Source: Gammaproteobacteria bacterium
GTDB taxonomy: Bacteria > Pseudomonadota > Gammaproteobacteria > Eutrophobiales > Eutrophobiaceae
Length of the DNA stretch: 64,000 bases
Direction: 5' to 3'
NCBI GenBank assembly: GCA_965222155.1
Contig: CBDCTH010000012.1
Coordinates: forward strand, 576,001-640,000
Shown: positions 1 through 9,500 of the stretch, one piece after another
Position numbering within the stretch: position 1 is the stretch's first letter
How the letters are laid out: each line of letters begins with the position of its first letter
Made by a program: the position numbers and the translations under genes
The notes under the pieces: generated by a model
The model's database searches: none
What the model saw: the letters and a program-made list of their open reading frames with translations, nothing else
Told to the model about the DNA's origin: nothing

Positions 1-1
1 G

Positions 2-637
2 AAAATTGGCGCCGTTCATGATCTTAAAGGATTGGTACACCTTCTGGAGTGGGTGAAGGCGTTGAGTAAGTTCGAACACAGCGGCGACTACGGCGTTTTC
101 GCGGACTTACTGACTACGGAGACTGTTGACCGGAACGACATCATAAAGCCTATGCGCCAAGCAGCTTTTTTTGAACGGACCACCCGTGACGCCACGGCAC
201 GAGAGAAAATCAACACGGTCAGGTCTGCGCTGGCCGACATACCGCTACATGGTGTTGCCAGTCTGTTCCAGACAGCACTGAAAGAGCGCTTGGATTGGGC
301 AGGGGGTGACACTCCATACAACCGCCAATGTAAGCTCGCACGCATCTACCTGGACAGGCGCGATTATCTGAGGGCCAGCATCTACGCGCAGGAAGCCTTC
401 ATTACCTATCTCGTTTGTCTAAAAGGGGGTAAACCTGATTCCTATGATGCCCGCGACCAGGCAAAGAAAGACTACGAGAAGGAGGATATATCGCCATCAT
501 ACAAAACCCTCCGGTATATCCGCAATGCGCTCGTTCACGGTACCCGCCCAACTTCGCATCTCAAGAAGACAATGTCTGACGAGACTCAGTTACACGAGGC
601 GATCTCGGCATTTCTTGACGAATTCCCCACCAACTAA
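2..637 (+). CDS. CRISPR type III ancillary CARF-HEPN RNase (Csx1/TIGR02221-like), C-terminal part; runs off window start
   Basis: Frame open from position 2 (KIGAVHDLKGLVHLLEWVKAL...SGDY); HEPN RxxxxH motif RNALVH near C-terminus; cas context. Confidence 0.75.
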   Translation, partial: KIGAVHDLKGLVHLLEWVKALSKFEHSGDYGVFADLLTTETVDRNDIIKPMRQAAFFERTTRDATAREKINTVRSALADIPLHGVASLFQTALKERLDWAGGDTPYNRQCKLARIYLDRRDYLRASIYAQEAFITYLVCLKGGKPDSYDARDQAKKDYEKEDISPSYKTLRYIRNALVHGTRPTSHLKKTMSDETQLHEAISAFLDEFPTN

Positions 638-794
638 GGTGTTCCCAATACTGCCCTCCCTCCCGGCAGGTCTGGTCCCACACTCCCGCGTGACGCGGCA
701 ATGACGTTCTTACTTTGTCAGGCTACTTTGAGAGCGCCGTAAAGCAGTATGGCTACAAAAAAGCATACACCTGCAGTCAGTGCAATAAACGCTA

Positions 795-986
795 TCATAT
801 TTTTCCTACCTCTTTGATGTATCTCTGAATACATACAAAGACGATTAAATTTGCACCACTCAAAACGAAAAGGAGAACTATGCCCATCCAGAAAACCTCG
901 TTGATATTGTTGGCCAGGTACAAACTCACTGGTCCACTTATAATAAGCACAACCAAACCAACAATCACGAAAAACAGGTTGTTCAA
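795..986 (-). CDS. Small hypothetical membrane protein (two hydrophobic segments)
   Basis: 63-aa ORF with two hydrophobic stretches; no recognised family. Confidence 0.35.
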   Translation of the reverse strand: MNNLFFVIVGLVVLIISGPVSLYLANNINEVFWMGIVLLFVLSGANLIVFVCIQRYIKEVGKI

Positions 987-1047
987 AAACGAATTTTTTC
1001 CTTTAATTCGTCAAGTTTCGTCATAGCTTTTGTAGAACAAAGGATGT

Positions 1048-1101
1048 TTCAGGTCATAAGTGCAACAAGTGGTTTGGTTTTGGTATTTTCTGAACCAGTT
1101 C
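1048..1101 (+). repeat. Left copy of ~50-bp imperfect inverted repeat; overlaps a perfect 14+14 bp palindrome at 1082-1111
   Basis: TTCAGGTCATAAGTGCAACAAGTGG...GGTATTTTCTGAACCAGTTC matches reverse complement of 2202-2250; GGTATTTTCTGAAC-CA-GTTCAGAAAATACC is a dyad. Confidence 0.8.
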
Positions 1102-1421
1102 AGAAAATACCTCCCACGGGGTCTAACCAGAAGTTGCAACAGCGGTTATTTGATTTTTATCCAGGCAAACGTCATGAAATACATATCGAGGGATTTGAAA
1201 AGGATCCTATGCGATTAATTTACTTGGACGATACCCATTGCGCCAGAGACGACGTCATCCACAGTGAGATTCGCTTGGCAGTTAATCGCCCCCGTCCCGA
1301 ACCAGCACAAGGCCAGTCACGCCGTACGAAATATAAAAATAATACAGGGTGGGAACAAGGACGCCAAATATGGACCACAACCCGAATTTGACATGATACT
1401 GCATAGCCGTATAATAGAACA

Positions 1422-1742
1422 ATGCGTACGGTTGTTGAAACAAGGATGTTCAGCGCGAAAGCGGCCGAGGTCTGGACTCCTGAGCAATATGAAGACTTTG
1501 TCGTATATATTGCAAGCACCCCTGATGTAGGCCAGGTCGTTCCGGGCTCTGGTGGCGTCAGAAAAATTCGCTGGAGCAGGCAAGGTTCAGGGAAGCGCGG
1601 CGGTGTACGTATAATTTATTTTAACAATTCCGATTATGAAACTTGGCTTCTTGCCATGTATGAAAAGAATGGTCGTGAAATTATTCCAGCCCACGAACTG
1701 AGAAAAATCAGGAATGCAATCAATGACCGGGAAAATGAGTAA
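1422..1742 (+). CDS. Type II TA toxin, RelE/HigB-2 family
   Basis: VVETRMF...GQVVPGSGGVRKIRW...GKRGGVRIIY...LLAMYEKN signature. Confidence 0.9.
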   Translation: MRTVVETRMFSAKAAEVWTPEQYEDFVVYIASTPDVGQVVPGSGGVRKIRWSRQGSGKRGGVRIIYFNNSDYETWLLAMYEKNGREIIPAHELRKIRNAINDRENE

Positions 1743-2004
1743 AGCCGGGCAAGCACTGCTTGATGACGTACTGGCTATCAAGGCGGGCGCGCCGACTAAA
1801 ATCTGGACGCCGGAACAGTTGCTGGTCATTTCCGTACGCAAGCAACTGAAGAAAACCCAATCGGCTTTTTCCAGGTTGTTAGGTATTCCCGTGGCTACGA
1901 TCAGGGATTGGGAGCAAGGGCGTAAACAACCCGACAGTGCTGCCGTAACACTGATTAAAGTGGCGCAAAAGCACCCTGAGGTATTGGAAGATATTGCGGC
2001 TTGA
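1714..2004 (+). CDS. HTH (Xre) antitoxin, HigA-2 type (true start may be 1723 or 1735)
   Basis: TQSAFSRLLGIPVATIRDWEQGRKQP...HPEVL; overlaps toxin end. Confidence 0.9.
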   Translation: MQSMTGKMSKAGQALLDDVLAIKAGAPTKIWTPEQLLVISVRKQLKKTQSAFSRLLGIPVATIRDWEQGRKQPDSAAVTLIKVAQKHPEVLEDIAA

Positions 2005-2201
2005 TTATTGAAGTCACAACTTGATTTGGCGCCGTTCCTGAAGAGAGGCAGATCATACAGCACGATTTGCTTCGACTCGCGACCAGCCTGAAAGTCCTCA
2101 GGCGGCATGGAAAAAACCGCCGCCAACTTCTTTGAAAAGGATATTGAATTGTTCCCCACCGTTTATCCGGCGACTGGTCTCCTTATTGGGAATGTCACAT
2201 A

Positions 2202-2250
2202 GAAGTGGTTCAGAAAAATACCAATCCACTTGTTGCACTTATGACTTGAA
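2202..2250 (-). repeat. Right copy of the inverted repeat flanking the TA cassette
   Basis: Reverse complement TTCAAGTCATAAGTGCAACAAGTGGATTGGTATTTTTCTGAACCACTTC aligns with 1048-1101. Confidence 0.8.
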
Positions 2251-2510
2251 TCCGCCAAGTTTCTTTATATCTTTTGTGGAACAAATGTTAAACTGGAAGC
2301 AGCCGTTAAAATCCGATTGCGGATATCTTTGTAATGTATTTAAGTGCAGGCCTCCGATCCATGTTCAACTTATTATGATAATAAGAGTCACCCACGGCGT
2401 GACCGTGAGGATACAGGAAAACCACATAAGTAACGGCAAGTACCGGAAGCATCCTGAAGCGTTAATACCGGTGATGAATGCAGCGTTTACAGAAGATCGG
2501 GCATAACAGC

Positions 2511-3797
2511 ATGAATAAAACTATCCTGCTTTGTACTGTCGGTGGTTCACACGAGCCGATTCTTACCTCGCTCAGGGAAAACAAGCCTGACTATGTCTGC
2601 TTCATCTGCTCTGGCAAGGACCCGCTTACCGGAAAATCCGGTTCCGACGTGCAGATTAGCGGGCTTGGCAGTGTTATCAAGCAGGATAAGTCTGATGATA
2701 AGCCGACACTCCCCAATATTCCTACCCAGGCAGGACTGGAGAAAGGACAATACGAGGTTATCACAGTCCCGACGGATGATCTGGATAAAGCTTTGAAAAT
2801 AATATGGCAACGCCTGCAGGAATTAACCCAACAGTATCCTGAAGCCCGGGTTATAGCCGATTACACCGGTGGCACCAAATCCATGACTGCCGCACTCGTG
2901 TTGGCGGCAGTAGAAAATGAGAAGGTAGATTTGAAGCTGGTCACCGGCCCCCGTACCAACCTGGTAGGGGTGAAATCCGGTATGGAAACGACAGCACTGG
3001 CAGGTGTTGAAGCCATCCGCACACAACGCGCCGTCAAACAGTTCATCGGTGCTTGGCAGTATTTCGCCTATGGTGAAGCCGCCAAGGGGCTTGCCGGTAT
3101 CAAGCCGAGAGAACCGGGATTAAGGCAAGAGGTGGAGATGTTGCAGCATTTGAGCAGGGCTTTCGATGCCTGGGATCGATTTGCTCACGAACAGGTCGTC
3201 GATATAATCGACACTTATTGCAAGCGGATCGCGCCTGCTCATAAGCACCTGTTGGATTCGATAAGAAATCTCACGACAGTATCAGAACGCCAGGAGCCTG
3301 CCTGTCTACTGGATTTGTGGTTCAATGCCTTGCGCCGCGCCGAGCAGGGACGCTTCGATGATGCGATCGCCCGGCTTTACCGCCTGCTCGAATGGACTGC
3401 TCAGTGGATTTTACAGGTCCATTGCAACATTGACACAGCCGCTATTCCCAAGGACAAAATACCCACCGACATGTGCATACAGCCAAACAGAAAAGGCCAG
3501 TATCAGGCTGGTTTGATGAATGCATGGGGGCTTATCGGACACTGGCTTCCGGATAGCGACGCCGGTCGGTTCAGTAAACAGCAACTGGAATCGCTACAGG
3601 ATCAAATCACCCTGCGTAATCACTCGATACTGGCCCACGGCAATGAACCCATTGATGCGCAGAACTGGCAAAAGTTCAAGCAATGGATTGAGGATAATTT
3701 TCTGACATTATTAACACAGGAAGCAAAAAAGGCGGGTCTTCGCTCAATACCGCAACAGTTACCACAGCGACTTTGGCCAGAGATAGACAACCTGTAA
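2511..3797 (+). CDS. CRISPR-associated CARF-HEPN protein, TIGR02710 (Csm6-like) family
   Basis: CARF motifs LLCTVGGS and ADYTGGTKSMTAAL; DDAIARLYRLLE; HEPN RNHSILAHG. Confidence 0.9.
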   Translation: MNKTILLCTVGGSHEPILTSLRENKPDYVCFICSGKDPLTGKSGSDVQISGLGSVIKQDKSDDKPTLPNIPTQAGLEKGQYEVITVPTDDLDKALKIIWQRLQELTQQYPEARVIADYTGGTKSMTAALVLAAVENEKVDLKLVTGPRTNLVGVKSGMETTALAGVEAIRTQRAVKQFIGAWQYFAYGEAAKGLAGIKPREPGLRQEVEMLQHLSRAFDAWDRFAHEQVVDIIDTYCKRIAPAHKHLLDSIRNLTTVSERQEPACLLDLWFNALRRAEQGRFDDAIARLYRLLEWTAQWILQVHCNIDTAAIPKDKIPTDMCIQPNRKGQYQAGLMNAWGLIGHWLPDSDAGRFSKQQLESLQDQITLRNHSILAHGNEPIDAQNWQKFKQWIEDNFLTLLTQEAKKAGLRSIPQQLPQRLWPEIDNL

Positions 3798-3999
3798 TTA
3801 CAGGTAATAAGGCACTAAGCGGAAAGTAAATCTAATCGGAATTTCCCCATCTGTTGAATTTCGTGCATCAGCTTGACAGACGACTGTCCAGGTGCTTCTC
3901 CCGGGTTATACCAATTCAGGTGACGATAAGCAAAACCAACCCATAGTGGCAAGCTTGCTGACCCGGCAAAACACGTTTCCATGTGATTAACTTGTCGGC

Positions 4000-4281
4000 A
4001 TGAAACGCCACCTTTACCTTGCCGCTTACGACATCAGCAGCCCCAGTCGCCTGCGGGCAGCCCTGTACCTGTTGAAAGGGTTTGCCAGCGGTCGCCAGAA
4101 ATCTGTGTTTGAGTGTTTTCTGACTGGCATTGAACGGCGTGAACTGGTTGAAACGATCAGCGCCATTATCGACCCGGACGAGGACCGGTTCTTGCTCCTG
4201 CCACTGGCCTCCGCTGATGACATTGAAACGCTGGGCAAGGGCGTGGCGCCCACCGATCAGTCTTATTTTTACATCGGCTGA
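4000..4281 (+). CDS. cas2: CRISPR-associated Cas2
   Basis: YLAAYDIS..RL; QKSVFEC; 93 aa. Confidence 0.92.
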   Translation: MKRHLYLAAYDISSPSRLRAALYLLKGFASGRQKSVFECFLTGIERRELVETISAIIDPDEDRFLLLPLASADDIETLGKGVAPTDQSYFYIG

Positions 4282-4286
4282 CTACG

Positions 4287-5252
4287 ATGCTGACACTATT
4301 TATCGACCGCAAAGACCTGCACCTCGAACTGGACAATAAGCGACTCCTTGTGCGGCATTTCGGTAGAGACCCACAAAGCCTGCCGCTGAATATGTTGGAC
4401 CGGATCGTTATTCACAGTCAGGTGACATTGGACAGCCGCCTGTTGGGATCATTGGGTCAACATGGTATAGGCGTGAGTATCATGCACGGCCGTTGCGGGC
4501 AGCGGCGTCTGCAATTATTGTGTCCGGGACACAATGATGCGCGCCGTCGGCTTGCCCAGTATCAGCTTTGGCACGACGCTGACCGACGCTTGAACTGGAG
4601 CCGTCAGTTGGTACAGGCAAAAATTGCGGCGCAACAAAAATTACTACGCGAGGCATTGTCAGGCAGGCCTGACCTTCGCCATCCGCTCAGTACCGCACTG
4701 ACCGGCCTTGCTTCTATTCTGCCCTCTCTGGACAACGCCGTGAGCATAACGGTATTGCGCGGCTTGGAAGGTTCGTCCGCAGCCATTTACTTTACCGGGT
4801 TTCAGCGGTTGTTCGGCGACAGTCTGGATTTTACCGGACGTAATCGTCGTCCGCCGCGGGACCCGGTCAACGCCTGTCTGTCGCTGATTTATACCCTGAT
4901 ACACAATGAGGCAGTGCGCGCCTGTCATGGAGCAGGGCTTGACCCGTTGCTGGGTTTTTACCACGAGCCGGCTTATGGTCGTGAATCGCTGGCCTGTGAC
5001 GTGATCGAACCATTGCGTCCACACGTTGATCGCTGGGTGTGGCACATGTTTCGTAAACGTCTACTGAGTGCAGATAATTTCAGTCGTGAAGGGCAGAGTT
5101 GTTTGCTCAACAAGAGCGGACGCCGAATATTTTTTGAAAGTTATGAAGCGTTCGCCGCCCCATGGCGACGTTATCTGCGCCTGCACAGCTACCGGCTGGC
5201 ACGTGCCTTACTGGATCTGGCCCCCGACTTGCCTGAGGCAGAAACCCCATGA
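4287..5252 (+). CDS. cas1: CRISPR-associated integrase Cas1
   Basis: RGLEG, RNRRPPRDPVNACLSL, GFYH, SLACDVIEPLR with catalytic E/H/D present. Confidence 0.95.
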   Translation: MLTLFIDRKDLHLELDNKRLLVRHFGRDPQSLPLNMLDRIVIHSQVTLDSRLLGSLGQHGIGVSIMHGRCGQRRLQLLCPGHNDARRRLAQYQLWHDADRRLNWSRQLVQAKIAAQQKLLREALSGRPDLRHPLSTALTGLASILPSLDNAVSITVLRGLEGSSAAIYFTGFQRLFGDSLDFTGRNRRPPRDPVNACLSLIYTLIHNEAVRACHGAGLDPLLGFYHEPAYGRESLACDVIEPLRPHVDRWVWHMFRKRLLSADNFSREGQSCLLNKSGRRIFFESYEAFAAPWRRYLRLHSYRLARALLDLAPDLPEAETP

Positions 5253-6013
5253 AGCCCTGTTACATTCATGGTAGGCAGGGTATGCAAATCAGGCTGGATG
5301 GGCCGGTCTTGAGTATCTCTTTCCCTGGACAGGCTGCGGTACTTGCTCCTCTGCGTCGTATTTCCCGTGTCGTTATTTCCGGTTCGCCCGAGTGTTCAAC
5401 TTCGGCTCTGCTTGCCTGTGCAGAACGCGGCATTACGGTCACATTTTTACAGTATGATGGCACAGTCAAGGCGCATCTGTTTGGTCATAGCGGGGCGACA
5501 AATGATTTGTTTGCTCATCTGCGGGATTTGCTGGATCGCCCTGATTGGCCAGAGCGCTATCAGATTTGGTTAGCCGCTGCCACCAGTCGTGCACATCGGG
5601 CGCTGTGCCGTAAATTGGGTTTGCAAGCGGACAGACTGTACCATAAACGGCTTCGCGCAATACTGGACCGTCAGATGGAACAGTTTGTTAATACAGGTCA
5701 GCGGGACTACTTGCAGCGACGTTTACGCGGTCTGTGTGCCAATCTTGCCAACGGTGTATTACAGCAAGCAGGTCTGGATGCCTCGCGTAGTCGTTACCTG
5801 GAGCAACGTCTTGATATACCGGGTGACTTCGCCGATTTATTATCACTGTCTTTACAACTCCCCTTGCTTGATTGGCTAAGCCAGCAGTCGGTGCAAAAGC
5901 GTATTCATGATCATGACGTTATTGCATTATTTGAACGGCACAGTCACCGGTTGGAAGGTATCGCATGTCGTCTGACCAGTCGTTTGCACGGATTTCTGGT
6001 TGATCTCGTATGA
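5249..6013 (+). CDS. Degenerate Cas1 paralogue, probably catalytically inactive
   Basis: Cas1-like N-terminal beta domain (LDGPVL...PLRRISRVVISG...ALLACAERGITVTFL); RGLC in place of RGLE and no catalytic His after AGLD. Confidence 0.7.
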   Translation: MKPCYIHGRQGMQIRLDGPVLSISFPGQAAVLAPLRRISRVVISGSPECSTSALLACAERGITVTFLQYDGTVKAHLFGHSGATNDLFAHLRDLLDRPDWPERYQIWLAAATSRAHRALCRKLGLQADRLYHKRLRAILDRQMEQFVNTGQRDYLQRRLRGLCANLANGVLQQAGLDASRSRYLEQRLDIPGDFADLLSLSLQLPLLDWLSQQSVQKRIHDHDVIALFERHSHRLEGIACRLTSRLHGFLVDLV

Positions 6014-6333
6014 AACAGCGCCTGTACCTCGTCGCTTACGATATTGCAGATCCAAAACGACTTGGACGGGTTGCCAGGTATATGTGCCGGTACGCCTGTC
6101 GGGTACAATATTCCGTATTCGTTGTACAAATGAGTAAACCCCAACTGGCTCATCTGCTATCCGAGCTTGAGACGATTATTGATTCGGATCAGGATGATAT
6201 TCGGGCGTACCCATTGCCTGCCGCGGGTGACGTGGTACTATTAGGCCAACAATTCTTTGCAACGAACACCTTACTGGTGCAGAATGGACATAGCAGGTTG
6301 GAGTTGATTCAAGACTCCGCTGATGATGAGTAA
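6010..6333 (+). CDS. cas2: Second Cas2
   Basis: YLVAYDIADPKRL...RVQYSVF...DDIRAYPL. Confidence 0.92.
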   Translation: MKQRLYLVAYDIADPKRLGRVARYMCRYACRVQYSVFVVQMSKPQLAHLLSELETIIDSDQDDIRAYPLPAAGDVVLLGQQFFATNTLLVQNGHSRLELIQDSADDE

Positions 6334-6524
6334 CACTGCCTGCTGCTCTACAAGATGTGTAAGCTTGACTGGAAACGTATTAACTGCTCTTTCACAATTT
6401 GTTTTTGATTGAATATAACTATAAAAAGTTTTGTTTTGATTATAATCTTACTGTTAACAAGAGGCACATTTTCCTCAACTGACCTTATAACTCATTGTAA
6501 GAAAAATCTTTTCTCCATTGAGGA
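6334..6524 (+). promoter_or_regulatory. CRISPR leader (AT-rich)
   Basis: AT-rich non-coding stretch between cas2 and first repeat. Confidence 0.8.
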
Positions 6525-9500
6525 GTTTGAAACCAAGACCTGATTAAGAAGGGATTAAGACTTGCAATTGCTGCTAGTTGCCGGCTTCTAACGGTTTGAA
6601 ACCAAGACCTGATTAAGAAGGGATTAAGACCCGTTGGCTTGTTCGTGTAGTTCTTGCGCCGGCAACATGGTTTGAAACCAAGACCTGATTAAGAAGGGAT
6701 TAAGACGGACTATCTATGCATATGGTTCCCCGTCGCAGCGTTTGAAACCAAGACCTGATTAAGAAGGGATTAAGACGGACTGTGTAGATTGGTTTCCAGG
6801 TACGCTAATTGGTTTGAAACCAAGACCTGATTAAGAAGGGATTAAGACACAGTGTGTTAGTTTGTATGACAGCAAAGTTTTTTGTTTGAAACCAAGACCT
6901 GATTAAGAAGGGATTAAGACGGTTCCATCACCTTGTACATTGCCGGGTTACCTGCGTTTGAAACCAAGACCTGATTAAGAAGGGATTAAGACTTGTTTTA
7001 CTGTTTGTTTGGTCGTCGTTCCATCCCGTTTGAAACCAAGACCTGATTAAGAAGGGATTAAGACTGTAAATATGCTGCGGTATTGTATGTTTGCTCTGTT
7101 TGAAACCAAGACCTGATTAAGAAGGGATTAAGACCTATTTTTCTCAGTCCTTCTTTCATTTGCTGGTCCAGGTTTGAAACCAAGACCTGATTAAGAAGGG
7201 ATTAAGACGTCTGTTTTTTCTTTCAGCATCACACCCAGGGCAGTGTTTGAAACCAAGACCTGATTAAGAAGGGATTAAGACTAGTTGCCTTCTCGTCATA
7301 TGCTGTCACTACGTTTCCATGTTTGAAACCAAGACCTGATTAAGAAGGGATTAAGACGTTACTTTTTCGATGTGCTGCGGGTTGTATTCCGGGTTTGAAA
7401 CCAAGACCTGATTAAGAAGGGATTAAGACCTAAAGTTATATACCCCACCCCTTACTTTTTCGTACAGTTTGAAACCAAGACCTGATTAAGAAGGGATTAA
7501 GACGGCACGATTTTTGTGGCGAGGCGCTTGCCGTTGACTTTGTTTGAAACCAAGACCTGATTAAGAAGGGATTAAGACCCCGTTTCGTCGGGCTCACTTG
7601 GCCAGCAGTGTCCAGTTTGAAACCAAGACCTGATTAAGAAGGGATTAAGACAGCACTGTCCAGACGCATTGACATAGAGTAGGCGAGGTTTGAAACCAAG
7701 ACCTGATTAAGAAGGGATTAAGACGCATTTTTTTCATGTGGTCTTTTGTTTCTTCAGGCAGTTTGAAACCAAGACCTGATTAAGAAGGGATTAAGACGAC
7801 CGTACGGGATTCGGGTCGTTGTGGTGTTCTGAGTTTGAAACCAAGACCTGATTAAGAAGGGATTAAGACGACAATAGGTTTCTCCGTCTTCGATGTCTGT
7901 TATTAGTTTGAAACCAAGACCTGATTAAGAAGGGATTAAGACAACCACAGGCCATTCCGCAGGCCATCGGAAGGCACTCTAAGTTTGAAACCAAGACCTG
8001 ATTAAGAAGGGATTAAGACACAGCTGTCTTGACGGCTTCCGACTTGATAGCGTCGTTTGAAACCAAGACCTGATTAAGAAGGGATTAAGACCCAGTATCT
8101 TTTTCATCAGTTGTTCCGCCCTCTCCGCGTTTGAAACCAAGACCTGATTAAGAAGGGATTAAGACACTGTTTTCATGATATACCCTCTCTGGGTTGATGG
8201 GTTTGAAACCAAGACCTGATTAAGAAGGGATTAAGACTTTCTGCGTGCAGCTCGTCCCGATCTTTGCTCACGCTGTTTGAAACCAAGACCTGATTAAGAA
8301 GGGATTAAGACGACAAATACAGAAGCTTATCCTGTACGAGGCCGTACGTTTGAAACCAAGACCTGATTAAGAAGGGATTAAGACGTGAGGGCCTTCTTGA
8401 CAGCTGCCTTGACGGCATCCGTTTGAAACCAAGACCTGATTAAGAAGGGATTAAGACGGTCTATCTCCGACTTGTATCTGCTTTTGACTTTTTCGTTTGA
8501 AACCAAGACCTGATTAAGAAGGGATTAAGACCATAATAAATAATATGCACCTCTCGGCGATTGCTCTGTTTGAAACCAAGACCTGATTAAGAAGGGATTA
8601 AGACAGAAGCGTTTCCTGTATAGCCTTGTACGGGATTTGGGTTTGAAACCAAGACCTGATTAAGAAGGGATTAAGACTGTAGTACCTTGACGGTACTTTT
8701 AGATTTATCCCTGCGTTTGAAACCAAGACCTGATTAAGAAGGGATTAAGACCCGTCACCAGCATGCGTATCCTTAATTTCACTATCGTTTGAAACCAAGA
8801 CCTGATTAAGAAGGGATTAAGACGTCAGGCTTGGTCGCTCGTCTTGGTTTGAAACCAAGACCTGATTAAGAAGGGATTAAGACCCAGTCTTTGGTTTGCT
8901 ATTGCGTTACGTGTCAAAGTTTGAAACCAAGACCTGATTAAGAAGGGATTAAGACGAACTGGTACGTTCTTTACTTTTGCCCGCATTGTTTGAAACCAAG
9001 ACCTGATTAAGAAGGGATTAAGACTTCTTGTAGTAGAACACCAGCACCTGTTCGCCATTATTGTTTGAAACCAAGACCTGATTAAGAAGGGATTAAGACT
9101 ATCGAATCAATCATCACTCTTACATCGCTTACGTTTGAAACCAAGACCTGATTAAGAAGGGATTAAGACGTCACGAGCATAGAATACATGCCCATTCCCC
9201 TCATGGTTTGAAACCAAGACCTGATTAAGAAGGGATTAAGACCAATCTCTGATCTTGTCATTCCGCTTTTTCTGCGCATGGTTTGAAACCAAGACCTGAT
9301 TAAGAAGGGATTAAGACTCTCTAGCTGCTTTCCTTGCCAGTCCACGTCAAACCGCTGTTTATCTAACCTAGGTTTGAAACCAAGACCTGATTAAGAAGGG
9401 ATTAAGACCTATAGTAAGTTAATCGAATCTTGACCGTAGCGTAAGTTTGAAACCAAGACCTGATTAAGAAGGGATTAAGACCCAACATATCGTAATCTAA

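Noticed and set aside
1044-1391. 115-aa ORF
   Set aside because: Starts inside the inverted repeat and dyad, no recognisable motif; may be spurious or a remnant
2132-2506. 124-aa ORF upstream of the TIGR02710 gene
   Set aside because: Runs through the right inverted repeat; no recognisable family
6707-6811. Adjacent spacers both starting GGACT
   Set aside because: Similarity too short to distinguish from chance
8825-9345. Minus-strand ORFs with LNPFLIRSWFQT repeats
   Set aside because: Translations of CRISPR repeats
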